In this document: positions 46,460-64,000 of the stretch, piece by piece
Position numbering within the stretch: position 1 is the stretch's first letter
How the letters are laid out: each line of letters starts with the position of its first letter
DNA from: the human T2T-CHM13v2.0 reference genome, Homo sapiens
Reading direction: 5' to 3' (one strand)
Length of the DNA stretch: 64,000 nucleotides
Assembly (NCBI RefSeq): GCF_009914755.1
Contig: NC_060933.1
Notes under the pieces: model-generated
The model's database searches: none
What the model was told of the DNA's origin: nothing
What the model saw: only the letters and a program-made list of their open reading frames with translations
Made by a program: the position numbers and the translations under genes

Positions 46460-46998
46460 CTATACATGGTTGTAACAAATAGGAAACACAACGATAAATA
46501 ATAGCTATTACTAGTAATTTTTATTTTTATTTTATTTTATTTTTTTTTTTTTTGAGACAGAGTCTCACTCTGTCACCCAGGCTGGAGTGCAGTGGCATGA
46601 TCTCGGCTCACTGAAACCTCCACCAACTGGGTTCAAGTGATTCTCCTGCCTCAGCCTCCTGAATAGCTGGGATTACAGGCGCATGGCACCATGCCCAGCT
46701 AATTTTTGTATTTTTTTAGTAGAGACGGGGTTTCACCACGTTGGTCAGGCTAGTCTCGAACCCCTGACTTCGTGATCTGCCCACCTCGGCCTCCCAAAGT
46801 GCTGGGGTTACAGGCATAAGCCACCGCTCCCGGCCCTTGATTACTAGTAATTTAACTTTAAAAAATTTCTTGCCAAAATGATTCCATCATATGTAAGAAG
46901 TCTAGAGAGTTAACAGAATATTTTGGGAATAAAAAAGAATTTCTGTTTATCTGAGCATGAATAACTAGGATGTTACGGGAAGAAAATGCAGATCTTAA

Positions 46999-47319
<321 letters not shown>

Positions 47320-48011
47320 TAGCCAGGATGGTCTCGATCTCCTGACCTGGTGATCCGCCTGCTTTGGCCTCCCAAAGTGCTGGGATTACAGGCGTGAGCC
47401 ACCGTGCCCAGCTAAAATTTTAAATAATTCTTTTGAATTTATTTTTATATAACTCTATAGATATGCATTGAGACGTACACAAATATGTAAATATGCCAGC
47501 AAGTGATTAAACTAAGGCTTTAAATTGTAGCTTTAAAACATATTTAACTTACAAAAAAATTTAACTTAAAAAAATTTAACTTTATCAGCATATTAAATAA
47601 AACAAAGTATATATTATGTTATTAAATAAACATCTTTATACACTGCAAAGATACCCTTAAAAAACAGTTAGGCATACCTTATTTATTGTTTTGAATGCAT
47701 ACTCCTATTTCTGTTTAACGGTTCTCATTATTACAAACTGCAACCAAAGTAATCTATTTTGGATTTTTCAGACACAAGATAAATTAAAAGGTAGAATACC
47801 CAGAACTATATTGGTAATGTTTTTTCCTTTGAACAAATATATATTACTTTAATACATTTTAAGGTGGCTGAATAATATATATGCATAAATAAAGACACAT
47901 ATATATATACATATATGTAATCGTTAAAAAAGATTTGCACATCTTGCTAATCTATAGCCAGTCCATACATTAAAATAAGGTGTAAGATTATTTATTTATT
48001 TAATTTTTTGA

Positions 48012-48182
<171 letters not shown>

Positions 48183-48719
48183 TAGAGACGAGGCTTTGCC
48201 ACATTGCCCAGGCTGGTCTCGAAGCCCCGAGCTCAAGCAATCCACCTGCCTTGGCCTCCCAAAGAGCTGGGACTACAGGCTGAGTCACCGTGCCCGGCCT
48301 AGAAATAATTTAAAGTTATGCTTAGTGTTCAGTGTTTTGTTTTCTTTTTTATATAAAATGATTTGGCGCTTGAACTCATGAGACAGAAGTTGCAGTGAGC
48401 CAAGATCACGCCACTGCATTCCGGAGCGCCAGGGCAACAGAGTGAGACTTAGTCTCCAAAAAAATAAATAAATAAATAAAATAAAATAATTTGGGTAATT
48501 ACAGTATATTTGTTAATTTATTTTAATATTAGTTTAATGTCTTAAAGTTGATTAAAAATCTGGAAATTAGAATTTAGGTCAGGCCATTGAGTCCTTATCA
48601 TTTGTATTATCAGAATCCATGAGCTGGCTGGGTGCGGTGGCTCACGCCTGTAATCTCAGCCCTCTGGGAGGCCGAGATGGGCGGATCACGAAGTCAGAAG
48701 ATCGAGACCATCCTGGCTA

Positions 48720-48992
<273 letters not shown>

Positions 48993-50454
48993 TCAGGAGT
49001 TTGAGACCAGCCTGGGCAACAAATTGAGAACCCCCATCTCTACAAAAATAAAAACTAAAATTAATAGAAAATTAAAATATTTTAAAAATTCATTTAATTT
49101 TTCTTAATTCAAGAATTTTAATTCTTGATAAATCTATTATTTCATTCAGCTAAATACAATTTCATGTTTGTAATCTTAAACCATCTGTAAAAATGATAAC
49201 TTACTGGGCTGATAGGATATTAATCCTACATTAGTAGAAATTTTAGAAGTTTAAATGAGAAACGAAACCCAAGTCTTGCATTAAACAAAATATTGGGTCA
49301 ACTTTTTATTTTCTGAAAAAGTCAGGGAGAAGGCATAAAGTTGGTTTTAAGCTAAAATTTTATCACTATAAAATGTTCAAAGAATCATCTATCAGTAATA
49401 TTACATAGACTTCTAAAATTATAAAAAAAAACCCTCAGTATTTACATATAAAACATTTTCAAAAAAGACTTTTGAACTCATCATGCCAGGAGCTCTAAGT
49501 ATCTAGCTTTTTTTCTTGTCTAGGTATCAAGGCCATTACCTAAACCTACCTCAGTAGTTCTTTGCAGTGAGGAAATTAGGAAAAGGCCTTTAATAGGGTG
49601 ATTTTTCAGGTGAATTTTGCTTGTAAGAAACTTGTTGGGATAGTTGGATTGTTGGGAAGAGGAAGATATCAAGGCAAGTTTTAAAGAGAAAGCTGTTAGT
49701 CTTGATAAATAAGTTGTTTAGCTGGTTCACAATCTTATCTTCAAGAAATATTTTCCAGAGCAAATAAGCTAGTTATTTTTGCTTGGTGTCAATATTATTT
49801 AACATAGGGAATGAAAGCATGTTTGTCCCCATGGATGTAGGATTATGTTGGTTTCAGTTATCACTTGTGTCCCCTCACTAAAATGCAAGCAATGTGAGAG
49901 CAGATATTTTTGGGTGTATTTTTCACTTTTCTATGCCTAGCACCTAAAACATCTAGGAAATAGTAGGTGTTGGGTAAATATTTGCTGAATGAATCTGAAT
50001 TAATGGATGCATTAGAATAGCCAAGAACATTTTTAAAAAGTAAGGACAGACAATTTAGCAGTTAAAAGAGGTACTACAGTCAGGTGCAGTGGCTCATGCT
50101 TGAAATGTCAGCACTTTGGGAAGCCGAGGCAGGCAGACTGCTTGAGCTCAGAAGTTTGAGACCAGCCTTGGCAATATGGTGAAACCCTGTCTCTACTTGA
50201 AAAATGCAAAAATTAGCCGGGCTTGGGGGCCTGTGCCTGGAGTCCCAGATACTCAGGAGGCTGAGGTGGGAGGATAGCTTAGGCCAGGGAGGTCGAGGCT
50301 GTGGTAAGCTGAGATTGTGTTGCTGCACTACAGCCTGAATGACAGAGCAAGACCTTGTCTCAAAAAAAAAAAAAAGAAAAAAAAAGTACTACAAAGGTAC
50401 AGTAGTTAAAACAGTGCGGTATTGGAACATAGATAGATCCATTGAACAGAATAA

Positions 50455-50763
<309 letters not shown>

Positions 50764-51896
50764 TGAACTCTTGGACTCAAGGTATCTGCCCCCCTTGGCC
50801 TCTCGGAGTGCTAGGATTTCATGGGTGAGCCACCGTGCCCAAACCAAGTATATGTTTTAAAAGGAGAGGAATTTTTCTCATAGTTGCTTCCAAGTTGACC
50901 ACTGCTTCTCTGTCAGTGATCCCTCAATCCCTCTTTGGTTGCACTGGTTACAATCTAGAACTCATTAACTGTGATTTCGTCTTACATCAATGCTGACAAC
51001 TCCACAAAAGCTTCTATAGACTAAAAGAAGGTAACATGAGGCCGGCTTAGCTTGCTTCATAGATTGGTCCTCACTTCCATCTACAGCTCCAATTATAAAG
51101 CTGTTAGTTGCTCTAAGAGGAGTTAACATGTGAAACTATAGACCAGATGTGACTTTTCGCAAAGTTGGAAGCAAAGGTTCCCAAGAAGTTATACACTGCC
51201 CAGGGCTCCATTATAGACTCACTTGGCTCTTAACTTTTCTCTTCATTCCTTAGGTCTACCCTCCTTTCTGTAATAGTGCTTCCTTTTTTGGAGAGGAAAT
51301 CCCACCTTCTAACCACTGTTAGATGGTCTCACTGTAGGAGACATTCTCCTCTCCAGGAGTATGGTTCTTTAAATTTGAGTCATTTCTTCAAGAGCAATGG
51401 CTCAGAGCAGCAACAAGGAAGTCTAAGGTAAGCTTTAGGAGATGAAGTCCTGTCTTGCAGTCCCATGCGGGCCAATAGCAAATTTGGACCTCTTTCAGAT
51501 CTTCTCACGAGAGATAACTGCACATATCTTTTTAATTTTGTTTGGAAGTCTATTGGGTAGGTAACTATTGGATTAGAAATATATACACTTAAATCACTTG
51601 AGGAGCCTGGCGCGATGGCTCACGCCTGTAATCCCAGCAGTTTGGGAGGCCGAGGCGGGCGGATCACAAGGTCAGGAGATCGAGACCATCCTGGCTAACA
51701 CGGTGAAACCCCGTCTCTACTAAAAATACAAAAAAATTAGCCAAGCGTGGTGGCGGGCTCCTGTAGTCCCAGCTACTCGGGAGGCTGAGGCAGGTGAATG
51801 GCGTGAACCCGGGAGGTGGAGTTAGCAGTGAGCCGAGATTGCGCCGCTGCACTCCAGCCTGGATGATAGAGCGAGACTCTGTCTCAAAAAATAAAA

Positions 51897-51936
<40 letters not shown>

Positions 51937-53316
51937 CTTGAGGATAAATACTGGAGAATGCTAGTCTAAACTTGAAAGAGTAACACTTTCCTATTGCCCG
52001 TAATTTGCAAGAACACCACTACTTATATTGGAGTCATTACATTGCTATACATACTGATTTTAGTGTCTTTCTTCCACCATTGCCCTCACTCCTACTCCTT
52101 AATTTTTGCTTTTCAATTATACTCTGTTTAGACCCGCGAGGAGTAATAATAAATAGGCTCAATTCTTAACAATAGGCTTATGTAGGGGATGTTACCTTGC
52201 CTAGTGAATCTTGGCCAGAGCATTTCAATTATTCATTGTAAGGTTATAAGCTAACATCTTAGACTTGGTACAATTCTCCTCTCTAATTTGTGATGGCAGT
52301 GGTGGTGTAGTAGTGATTTCGTGCTTCCAGTTACATAAAAGTGTCATTTCTAGATATTACTAAACTTCATTAATAATCAGATAAATGTAAATTAAAAGGA
52401 CAATAGAATAACGATATATCACTTTTTGCTTATCAGATCGGAAAGGTTTCGATACTGAGAAAATATCTAGTGGAGAAGGAAGTGGATACTTTCACCCAAT
52501 GTTATTATTTGTTTAAGTTGATACAATCTTCCTGGAAGGTAACCTGGTAGTATGTTTAAATAATTAAAATATGTTGTCAAATAGTGACTCCTCAAAAGCT
52601 CATTATAAAAACTGTTGATTAAGCAAAGTTAAGTGTATTAGATTTATTTCATTAAGAAAGTATACCACCTTGACTGAGCCTTAGCAGTGTCTCAAAACAG
52701 AAAATTAGAGTCAATTATTTGTAGAGTTTTAGAGCTTGGGCTGAATACTTTCAGGGAATGTCAGAAATACGATGAGGATTGGGCACAGTTTATGATACAG
52801 TAGCTTGATATTGGTGGGCACAGTAAGGGAATTGTTGTAAAGCATTTCTTTTCTTCTTCTCTTTTTTTTTTTGGTACAGTATGTCACTCTGTCACCCACA
52901 CTGTAGTTCAGTGGCTCTATCACGGTTCACTGCAGCCTCAACCTGGTTCAAGCCATCCTCCCAACTCACCCTCCTAAATAGCTGGGACTACAGGCATGTG
53001 CTAGCATGCGGGTTAATTTTTGTATTTTTTGTAGAGATGAGATCTCATTATCTTGCCCAGGCTAGTCTTTAACTTCTAGGCTCAAGTGATTCCCCCCCTA
53101 CTCAGCTTCCCAAAGTGTTAGAATTACAGGCATGAGCCACCATGCCCAGCTCTTTACTGTCATTTTTTTTTTACTATCATTTTAAAGAGACAAATATGGC
53201 CGAGCATGGTGGTTCACGCCTGTAATCCCAGCACTTTGGGAGACCAAGGCAGGCAGATCACAAGGTCAAGAGATCAAGACCATCCTGGCCAACATGGTGA
53301 AACCCCATCTCTACTA

Positions 53317-53583
<267 letters not shown>

Positions 53584-55671
53584 TTAAATAAAAGGAATAA
53601 GTTAATAAACATCTAAATGGATAAATTATGGGCATTTATAAAATAGGTCATTATGCAGTCATAAAAGGGTATTTTTTTTCATATCAACATAGAAATGTCT
53701 ATGCTTATTAAGTAAAGAAAAAGTATAGAATTACAATGCATATGTTAGCATTTGTTTGGCTTTAAGCGGTGATGTGCCAGAGCTGGTTCATATTTGCTTG
53801 AGAGAGCACAGGGCTCTTGAGAGCCAAATGTGCACATTTCTTCACAAGTGCAGTCAAGCTTCATGTTGGTTGTTTAAAATTGGCCATAGTGAGAGCATTT
53901 AAAGTATTTACATCAAGGAAGTCAGCAAAGACTACAAATCAGGGGAACTTTTTCCCTCCCCCAGAGCTAGTTTACTAGCATGCCACTGGCTTCAAGTAAC
54001 AGAAAACATGACTAGCACAGGCTTAAACTCTAAGGCCATTTATTGCTTACTACAAGGAGATCAGGGGAGATCAGCGGTAGTAGGCAGTTCAGGAAAGGGT
54101 CAGCAACTAATTATGTCATCGAGGATCAAGGCTCTTTTTATTCTTATCTCAGTAAATGTGCCCTTATATTTCATTGTTCAGAACTGTTCACATAGCCAAC
54201 CCTAGCTACAAGGGAGCCTGGGAGCGCCAGGAGCTGGCAGCAGGAAACGGGATAGCCAAGAGTCGAACATGCATCTTCTGGAGTCGTACCTATAACTGCT
54301 ACAAACAAATCAGGGTTTATCAGCAAGGGTGGGGTAGGGAATAGATAAGCAACTAACAGTGTCTGCTACTAATGTGTATGTGTGTACATGTGAATAAATA
54401 TAGCAATAAATAAATAAATGCTTATTATTTTAAAAATATAGCTGGGTGTGGTGGTTCATGCCTGTAGTCCCAGCTACTTGGGAGACTGAGGTGGGAGAAT
54501 CACTTGAGGCCAGGAGTTTGAGGCCTGCTTGGGTATCATAGTGAGACCCCCTATCTGTAAAAAACAGAAGTATTTTTTGTTTTTGTTTTTGTTTTGAGAC
54601 AGAGTCTTGCTCTTGTGACCCAGGCTGGAGTGTAATGGTGTGATCTTGGCTCACTGCAAATTCCGCCTCCCAGGTTAAGCCATTCTTGTGCCTCAGCCTC
54701 CCAAGAAGCTGGGATTACATGCGTGTGCTACCACACCCAGCTAACTTTTGCATTTTCAGTAGAGACAGGGTTTCTGCATATTGGCCAGGCTTGTCTGGAA
54801 CTCCTGGCCTCAAGTGATCAACCCACCTTGGCCTCCCAAAGTACTGGGATTACAAGCATGAGCCACTGTGCCTGGCCAAAAATTAGGTATTTATTTATAC
54901 ATCAAAATATCTATAAAGAAATAAAACACATTCTTAAATGTTTTTAGATCTGGAGTAGAGAAGTTGGACTTTGAGGATATTTTACATATTTTTATGTATA
55001 TGTATTTTTATTTATTTTTTTAAAAGACTTTAAGAGCAGTTTTAGGTTCACAGCAGAATTAAACAGAAAGCACTGAGATTTCTCATACACACCCTTCCCC
55101 CACACATGCGCAACTTCCCCTGTTTTCAGCATCTTCCACCAGAGAGCTACATTTGCTGCAATCCATGAATCATCATAATCATAATCACCCAAAGTCTGTA
55201 GTTTACATTAGGGCTCACTCTTGGTGTTGTATATTCATGGATTTAGAGAAATTTATAATCCACCATTACAGTAGCATACAGAGCAGCTTCACTGGCGTAA
55301 AAATTGTTCGTGCTCTGCCTATTCATCCCTTCCCCTACCAACATCTTGGCAACCTCTGATCTTCTTGCTTTCTTCCTAGTTTGATTTTCCAGAATGTCAT
55401 ACACAGGTATACCTTGGAGACTTTGCAGGTTGAGCTCCAGACCACCATAGTAAAGCAAACATTGCAATACAGTGAGTCACACAAATATTTTGCTTTCCCA
55501 GTGCATATAAAAGTTATGTTCACACTATTCTGTAGTCTATTAAGTATGCAATAGAGATCTGGCAGTGGCTCATGCCTATAATCCCGGAACTTTGGGAGGC
55601 TGAGGCAGGAGGATTACTTGAGCCCAGGAGTTTGAGATAAGCCTGGGTAACATGGTAAAACCCCATCTTTA

Positions 55672-55983
<312 letters not shown>

Positions 55984-56091
55984 CTATGTCAAAAAATAAA
56001 ATAAAATAAATAAATAATAAATTCTTGTCATTTCAACAATGTTCACGGCATCTTCACCAGGAGCAGATTCCATCTCAAGAAACCACTTTCT

Positions 56092-56198
56092 GTGCTTGTT
56101 TCAGCAGCACATATACTAAGACTGGAATGATGTAGAGAAGATTAGCATGGCCCCTGAGCAAGGATGACATGCAAATTTGTGAAGTGTTCCACATTTTT
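56092..56198 (+). pseudogene. U6 snRNA pseudogene (5' part of a U6/L1 chimera)
   Basis: gtgcttgtttcagcagcacatatactaag...agagaagattagcatggcccctg...gtgaagtgttccacattttt; full length but mutated, including the ACAGAGA box. Confidence 0.95.
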
Positions 56199-57240
56199 TG
56201 ACAAATGGGATCTAATTAAAGAGCTTCTGCACAGCGAAAGAAACTATCATCAGGGCAAACAGGCAACCTACAGAATGGGAGAAAATTTTTCCAATCTACC
56301 CAAGTGACAAAGGTCTAATATCCAGAATCTACAAGGAACTTAGATTTACAAGAAAAAGAAACAAACAACCCCATCAAAAAGTGGGCAAAGAACATGAACA
56401 GACACTTCTTAAAAGAAGACATTTATGCAGCCAACAAACATGCAAAAAAGCTCAACCTCACTGATCATTAGAGAAATACAAATCAAAAGCACAATAAGAT
56501 ACCATCTCATGCCAGTCAGAATGGAGATTATTAAAAAGTCAAGAAACAACAGATGCTGGTGAGGCTGTGGAGAAAAAGGAATGTTTTTACGCTCTTGGTG
56601 GGAATGTAAATTAGTTCAACCACTGTGGAAGATAGTGTGGCGATTCCTCAAGGATCTAGAACCAGAAATACCATTTGACCCAGCAATCCCATTATTGGGT
56701 ATATACCCAAAGGAATATAAATCATTCTGTTATAAAGATACATGCACAGGTATGTTTATTGCAGCACTATTCACAATAGCAAAGACATGCAATCAACCTT
56801 AATACCCATCAATGATACACTGAATAAAGAAAATGTGGCACATAGACACCATAGAATACTACGCAGCCATAAAAAGGAAGGAGATCATGTCCTCTGCAGG
56901 GACATGGATGAAGCTGGAAGCCATCATCCTCAGCAAACTAACACAGGACCAAAAAGCAGACACCGCATGTTCCCACTCATAAGTGGGAGCTGAGCAACAA
57001 GAACACATGGACACAGGGAGGGGAACAACACACACTGGGGCCTGTCGGGGGGCAGCGGGCAGGGGGCAGGGAGAGCATCAGGACAAATAGCTAATGTATG
57101 TGGGGCTTAATACCTAGGTGATGAGTTGATAGATGCAGCAAACCACCATGGCACACGTTTACCTATGTAACAAACTTGCACGTTCTGCACATGTATCCTG
57201 GAACATAAAGTAAAATAAAATTAAAAAGAAAAAAAAAAGA
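56199..57240 (+). mobile_element. L1PA 3' fragment fused directly to U6
   Basis: ORF2 C-terminal remnant (WWECKLVQPLWKIVWRFLKDLEPEIPFDPAIPLLGIYPK), 3'UTR and A tail; shared TSD aagaaaccactttct / aagaagccaccttct. Confidence 0.92.
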
Positions 57241-57454
57241 AGCCACCTTCTTTGCTTATTCATGAGAAGCAACTCCTCATTTGTTTAAGTTTTATGATGA
57301 GATTGCAACAATTCAGTCACATTTTCAGGCATCACTTCTAATTCTAGTCCTCTTGCTATTTCTACCACCTCTGCAGTGATTTCCTCAACTGAAGAATTAA
57401 ACCCCTAAAAGTCATCTATGAGGGTTGGAATAAACTTTTTTCAAACTCCTGTTA

Positions 57455-57631
<177 letters not shown>

Positions 57632-57677
57632 CTATAATCCTAGCAACTGGGAAGGCTGAGGAAGGAGGATTGCTTGA

Positions 57678-58196
<519 letters not shown>

Positions 58197-58284
58197 TAGT
58201 CTTATGAAATGTCTTTCTTTTCTTTTTTTTAAAATTAATTAATTAATTTATTTTTATTTTTTGAGATGGAGTTTCGCTCTGTAG

Positions 58285-58449
<165 letters not shown>

Positions 58450-58523
58450 TAGGATGGTCTCGATCTCCTGACCTCATGATCTGCCCTCCTCGGCCTCCTA
58501 AAGTGTTGGGATTACAGGCATGA

Positions 58524-58775
<252 letters not shown>

Positions 58776-59482
58776 TGATCCACCCACCTCGGCCTCCCAA
58801 AGTGTTGAGATTACAGGCATGAGCCACCGCTCTTGGCCAAAATAGATTTCTTAAATAATAATACTTGGAAGTCAAAATTCGGCTGGGCACAGTGGCTCAT
58901 GCCTATAATTCTCCTTTGGGAGGCCAAGGCAGGTGGATCACCTGAGGTCAGGAGTTCGAGACCAGCCTGGCCAATATAGCAAAACCCCGTCTCTACTAAA
59001 AATACAAAAATTAGCTGGGCGTGGTGGTGTGTGCCCGTAATCTCAGCTACTTGGGAGGCTGAGGCAGGACAGTTGTTTGAACCCGGGGATGGAGGTTGCA
59101 GTGAGCCGAGATCGCGCCACTTCACTCCAGCCTGGGCAGAAGAGCGAGACTCTGTCTCAAAAAAAAAAAAAAAAGAAGGTCAAAAATCTTCACTGATCCA
59201 TGGGCTGCAGAATGGATGTTGTGTTAGCAGGCATGAAAACAGTATCAATCTCCTGGTACATAGCCATCAGAGCTCTTGGTTGACCAAGTGCACTGTCAAT
59301 GAACAGTAATATTTTGAAAGTAATCTTTTTTTCTGAGCAGTAAGTCTCTACAGTAGGCTTAAAATACTCTGTAAACATGCCATAAGAGATGTACTGTCAT
59401 CCAGGCTTTGTTGTTTCATTAACAGAGCACAGGCAGACTAGATTAGTGTAATTTTTCTTTCTTTCTTTCTTTTTTTTTTTGA

Positions 59483-59587
<105 letters not shown>

Positions 59588-59598
59588 TGAGTATCTGA

Positions 59599-59766
<168 letters not shown>

Positions 59767-61247
59767 TAGCCCAATTTTTCAGGGTGCTAGGATTTTTGGA
59801 ATGGTAAATAAGCACTGGTTTTAACTTAAATTACCAGCTGCATTGGTCCCTAACAAGAGTCAGCCTATTCTTGTAATCTCTGAAGCCAGGCATTCACTTC
59901 ACTTCTGTAGGGATCATCTTCCGATAGAAGGCTGTTTTCTGTACATTGTAAATCTGTTGTTCAGAATAGTCATCATCAATGATCTTAGCTACATCTTCTG
60001 GATAACTTGTTGCAGCTGCTACATCAGCACTTGTTGGTTTACTTTGCACTTGAATGTTACAAAGAAGGCTTCTTTCTTTAAAACTTATGAACCAATTTCT
60101 GCTAGCTTCCAACTTTTCTTCTGCAGCTTCTTCACCTCTCTCAGCCTTCGCAGAATTTAAGAGAGTTTGGGTCTTACTCTGAATTAAGCTTTGGCCTAAT
60201 TCAGGGAGTGTTGCTGGTTTGATCTTCTACCTAGACACTACAACTTTCTTCATATCACTAATAAGGCTGTTTCACGTTCTTATAATTTGTGTGTCCACTG
60301 GAGTCTCATCCTGTCACCAAGGCTAGACTCAAATTCCTTGCCTCCCATTTTAGCCTCCCAAAGTGCTGGCATTCCCCTGCCTCAGCCTCCCAAAGTGCTG
60401 GGATTACAGGCTTGAGCCACCACACCTGGCCTAATTTCCTTCAAGAATTTTTCCTGTGCATTAATACCTTGGCTACCATTTGGCGCAAGAGGCCTAGCTC
60501 TCAGCCTGTCTCGGATTTTGACATGCCTTCCTCACTAAGCTAATCATTTCTAGCTTTAGGTGTGTCTTCCTTTCACTTTAATGCTTAGAATTAGAAGTCA
60601 TTGTAATTTGGGGGACACATTCAAACCATAGCAAATGTGAAACCCCTTAGTATAGTGCTTGGCACATATTACATGTTTAATAATGTTATTTGGCTAAGAG
60701 TGGTGGTTCACACCTATAATCCCAGCACTTTGGGAGGCCAAGGTGGGCGGATCACTTGAGATCAGCCTAGGCAACATAATGAAACCCTGTCTCTGAAAAT
60801 AAAAAACATATAAATTTAAAAAACAAACACAAAATAATATTATCTGGATTTAAATCTTGTATATTAACCTATGTATCTTAATACTTTTAACACAAGCCCA
60901 TGCCTACCTCTTATTACATTTATTCCCAAACATTTTGTGTTTTCTTTTGCTAATGTAAGAATGAGAAGGAAGATTTATTGCAAGGTCAGAAAAAGCAAGT
61001 CTGGAAAGGCGGGTAGGGAGATTAGGGCCCTTGACTGACAGCAGAAAATCTGGGTTTTATCCAGGCAGCAATTGAGGGGCCACCAAAAGAAATAATCAGT
61101 ATAGTAACATAATCAGAGTTATGCTTTAGAAGGATATTTCCGTTTTAGCATATAGAAGGAGCATAGGACCAGAGCCACTGAGAGCAACAATTATGGCAAG
61201 GCCTTTCAGTTCTACGAATTGATACCAAGGCAGCATAATAATCAAGA

Positions 61248-61425
61248 AGCTGTGGGGTGGGGGGTGGGGGGTGGGAGACTAGGGGAGGGATAGCATTAGG
61301 AAAAATACCTAATGTAGATGACGGGTTGATGGGTGCAGCAAACCACCATGGCACATGTATAGCTATGTAACAAACCTGCACATTCTGCACATGTACCCCA
61401 GAACTTAAAGTATAATTAAAAAAAA
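61248..61425 (+). mobile_element. Short 5'-truncated L1PA 3' end
   Basis: G-rich tract, then atacctaatgtagatgacggg...aacttaaagtataat; TSD ataataatcaa on both sides. Confidence 0.85.
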
Positions 61426-63114
61426 TAATAATCAAAACCTGGTATTTAAACCTTCTAGGGGAGGTTACAGAAGGGTCAAAAGAATGTGGTTCATCTGGTG
61501 CTTTAAAACTCTGAGGCTCACATACGTACAATCAGTTTATTACACTCCCCTAGTTTCATAAAGATACAGGTGTTCTTAGACCTGCTTTTGATTTTTTTCT
61601 ATTTTTTTGATCCTCTCTTCTTATATATGCCAGTTTAAAAATGCCCTAGATGTTAATGGTCAACTTCTAAAAATGTCAAGAATTTGCACAGAAGGGGAAG
61701 GTGAGTGACTTGCATTGGGCCACAAGGAAGGTCCTAATTATGAGTGTCTCAATAGGAAGCAATAAGGAAACAGACAAATGAAGTTGCTTAGTACTAAGTA
61801 GGCACAGAAAGAAGACATGAGGTTTAGAGAAAAAGTAGGAATCCTGCATGCAGGAAGTGAGAGTTTGAGAGAGAAAGACGCAAACAAAATTTTTAGGGTT
61901 TTTCTTGCCTGGGTGTCTAGGAGATTAGAAGTTTTATAAACAGGTGGGAGAGTAGTTTAGAGGATTCCCACAAGAAGTTAGAAAGATAATTAAAATTTAG
62001 TTATATTAAATTAAGTATTTCCAGAAATTAGAGTGGCACTGTTCAAACCGGGGTTAAAAATTCAAAACTAGAGCTCAGGAGAGGTCAGAGATGGATATAA
62101 AGAGTTGAATATTGGGGATATGGAGTTCATACTTGCAGGAATGGATGACATCACTGAGGACGCTTATCTGGTACAAACGATGGGAAGGTTGAGGGCAGAA
62201 ACTGAGAAAATATCACTTTGAGGGGCAGGAAGGGAAGAATGGTTTCCTGAGCAGCAGCAGAAAGTTCAGAGAGTTGGAGAAACAATGGAGTATAGAGTCT
62301 CACCTTTGCTGGAGAGGCATCTGAGGATCAACATGTGTCAGCAAAGTCAAGGGGTCTCAGATTTGGCAATGAGGTCACTACTGACTTTGGAAGCTATTGG
62401 TAGAGTGGTGTGAATGAATGAATCTAATCATATCTCAAAAGGATTGGTAGAAAGAAGAGAGAGAAATGAAGTGATGTTGAGGCCAAAAGATAAGCGGGTA
62501 GGAGAACATCTCTTTATATAGCTTTTTTCAAGTAGTAGTAGCATGTTAAGCAAATAAAAGACAACAGAGAATCTCCACGCATTTTGAAATGGTCTGATTT
62601 ATTGTGTAATTTTTATATTTTTTCTGCTTAAAACCCTTCATTAGCTTCATTGCTTGATAAACTCCTAAGTATGATGTAGAAATTCCTCTGTGATCTGGGT
62701 TCTGCATATTTCTCTAGCCTCATCGCTCACACCTCCTTTGCACAGACAGCTTTTTCCAGCTTTTCAAATGTCTGGTGCTGGTTCTTATGCTGGTGTTTGC
62801 AGCTTCCGTGTCTTCCTTCTAGTTCCTTGTTAGCTTCATAAATCTTTAACGGTCTTCTTAAACTAAGCTCAAAGTTCTTTTCTATGAATCATTTCTGGGA
62901 GCTCAGGGTTGATATCAATATTCCCCTGTATTTCTATCATCTAGCTCCATGTTGGGTACATAGTCTGTATTCTGTAAATGCTGAATGAACAAATAAATGA
63001 AAACGGGTCTTCACATCACATCCATTTTTCATTTCAAAAACATACAATATAGTACATAGCATTTATTCTTGCGATACAATATTCACTTTTGTGACTTTGT
63101 TAAAACACAAATAA

Positions 63115-63354
<240 letters not shown>

Positions 63355-64000
63355 TGATCCGCCCACCTCGGCCTCCCAAAGTGCTGGGATTACAGACGTG
63401 AGCCACCGCGCCCGGCCAACACAAATGAAATTTTAAGTAGTTCCAGCTACTCAGGAGGCTGAGGCAGGAGGATGGCTTGAGTCCTGAAGGTCTAGGCTGC
63501 AGCGAGGCGTGATTGTGCCGCTGTACTCTAGCCTGGGCAACAGAGAACAACCCTGTTTCAAAAAAAAAAAAAAAAAAAAGAAAAAGAAAAAAATAAAATT
63601 TAAAAATATTTTTTAAAGCTTGTAACATAAAAGTTCTAATCTCATTAGTCAGTTGTAATTTTCCATTTCATTTCTAAACTTTAGAGTGGGCTATTTTTTC
63701 CCTTTATTTCCTCTGGAGCAATTGTCCTCTTTATGGCTCTAGTAAAAAGAATCAGGGACAGGCCTCCGTTTTAGATGTAAATGACTAAAATCAAACCAAT
63801 TAAGGTTTCAGTGCTACAAGAATCAAGGAGGTTTTAATCTCAATTTGTGTTTGCATTTATGACCGTTGGCTCTCCCATGGGAGAGAGAAAAGACGGCCCC
63901 TACACCTGGTTTCAGGTTGATTACAATCAACAAGGACCCAGTTTAGTATAGAAGGCTCGTTTTGCATTAAACACCTTTTTGTGCAGAGGAGGTGGTGGTG

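Overview
Human (primate) genomic DNA. Positions 1 to ~22.9 kb hold the 5' half of PSIP1 (LEDGF/p75-p52) on the minus strand: a CpG-island promoter, non-coding exon 1, and coding exons 2-4, which splice in frame to give the first 96 aa (the PWWP domain). The remaining ~41 kb upstream is repeat-dominated, with no recognisable intact conventional protein-coding gene. It contains an FTH1 processed pseudogene with a preserved iron-responsive element, a 7SL pseudogene, a U6/L1 chimeric retrocopy inside a fragmented Tigger1, ERV remnants and dozens of Alus. The most unusual object is a nested retrocopy at 35930-37206: a diverged thymosin-beta-10-like mRNA copy with an open 43-codon ORF (too short for the ORF track) and a piggyBac MER75 element in its 5'UTR, all within a perfect 14-bp target-site duplication. 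It may be a second-generation retrocopy. I see no evidence of a novel multi-gene system; most long ORFs in the track are Alu, LTR or GC-content artefacts. Repeat family names come from recalled consensus sequences, and repeat boundaries are approximate.
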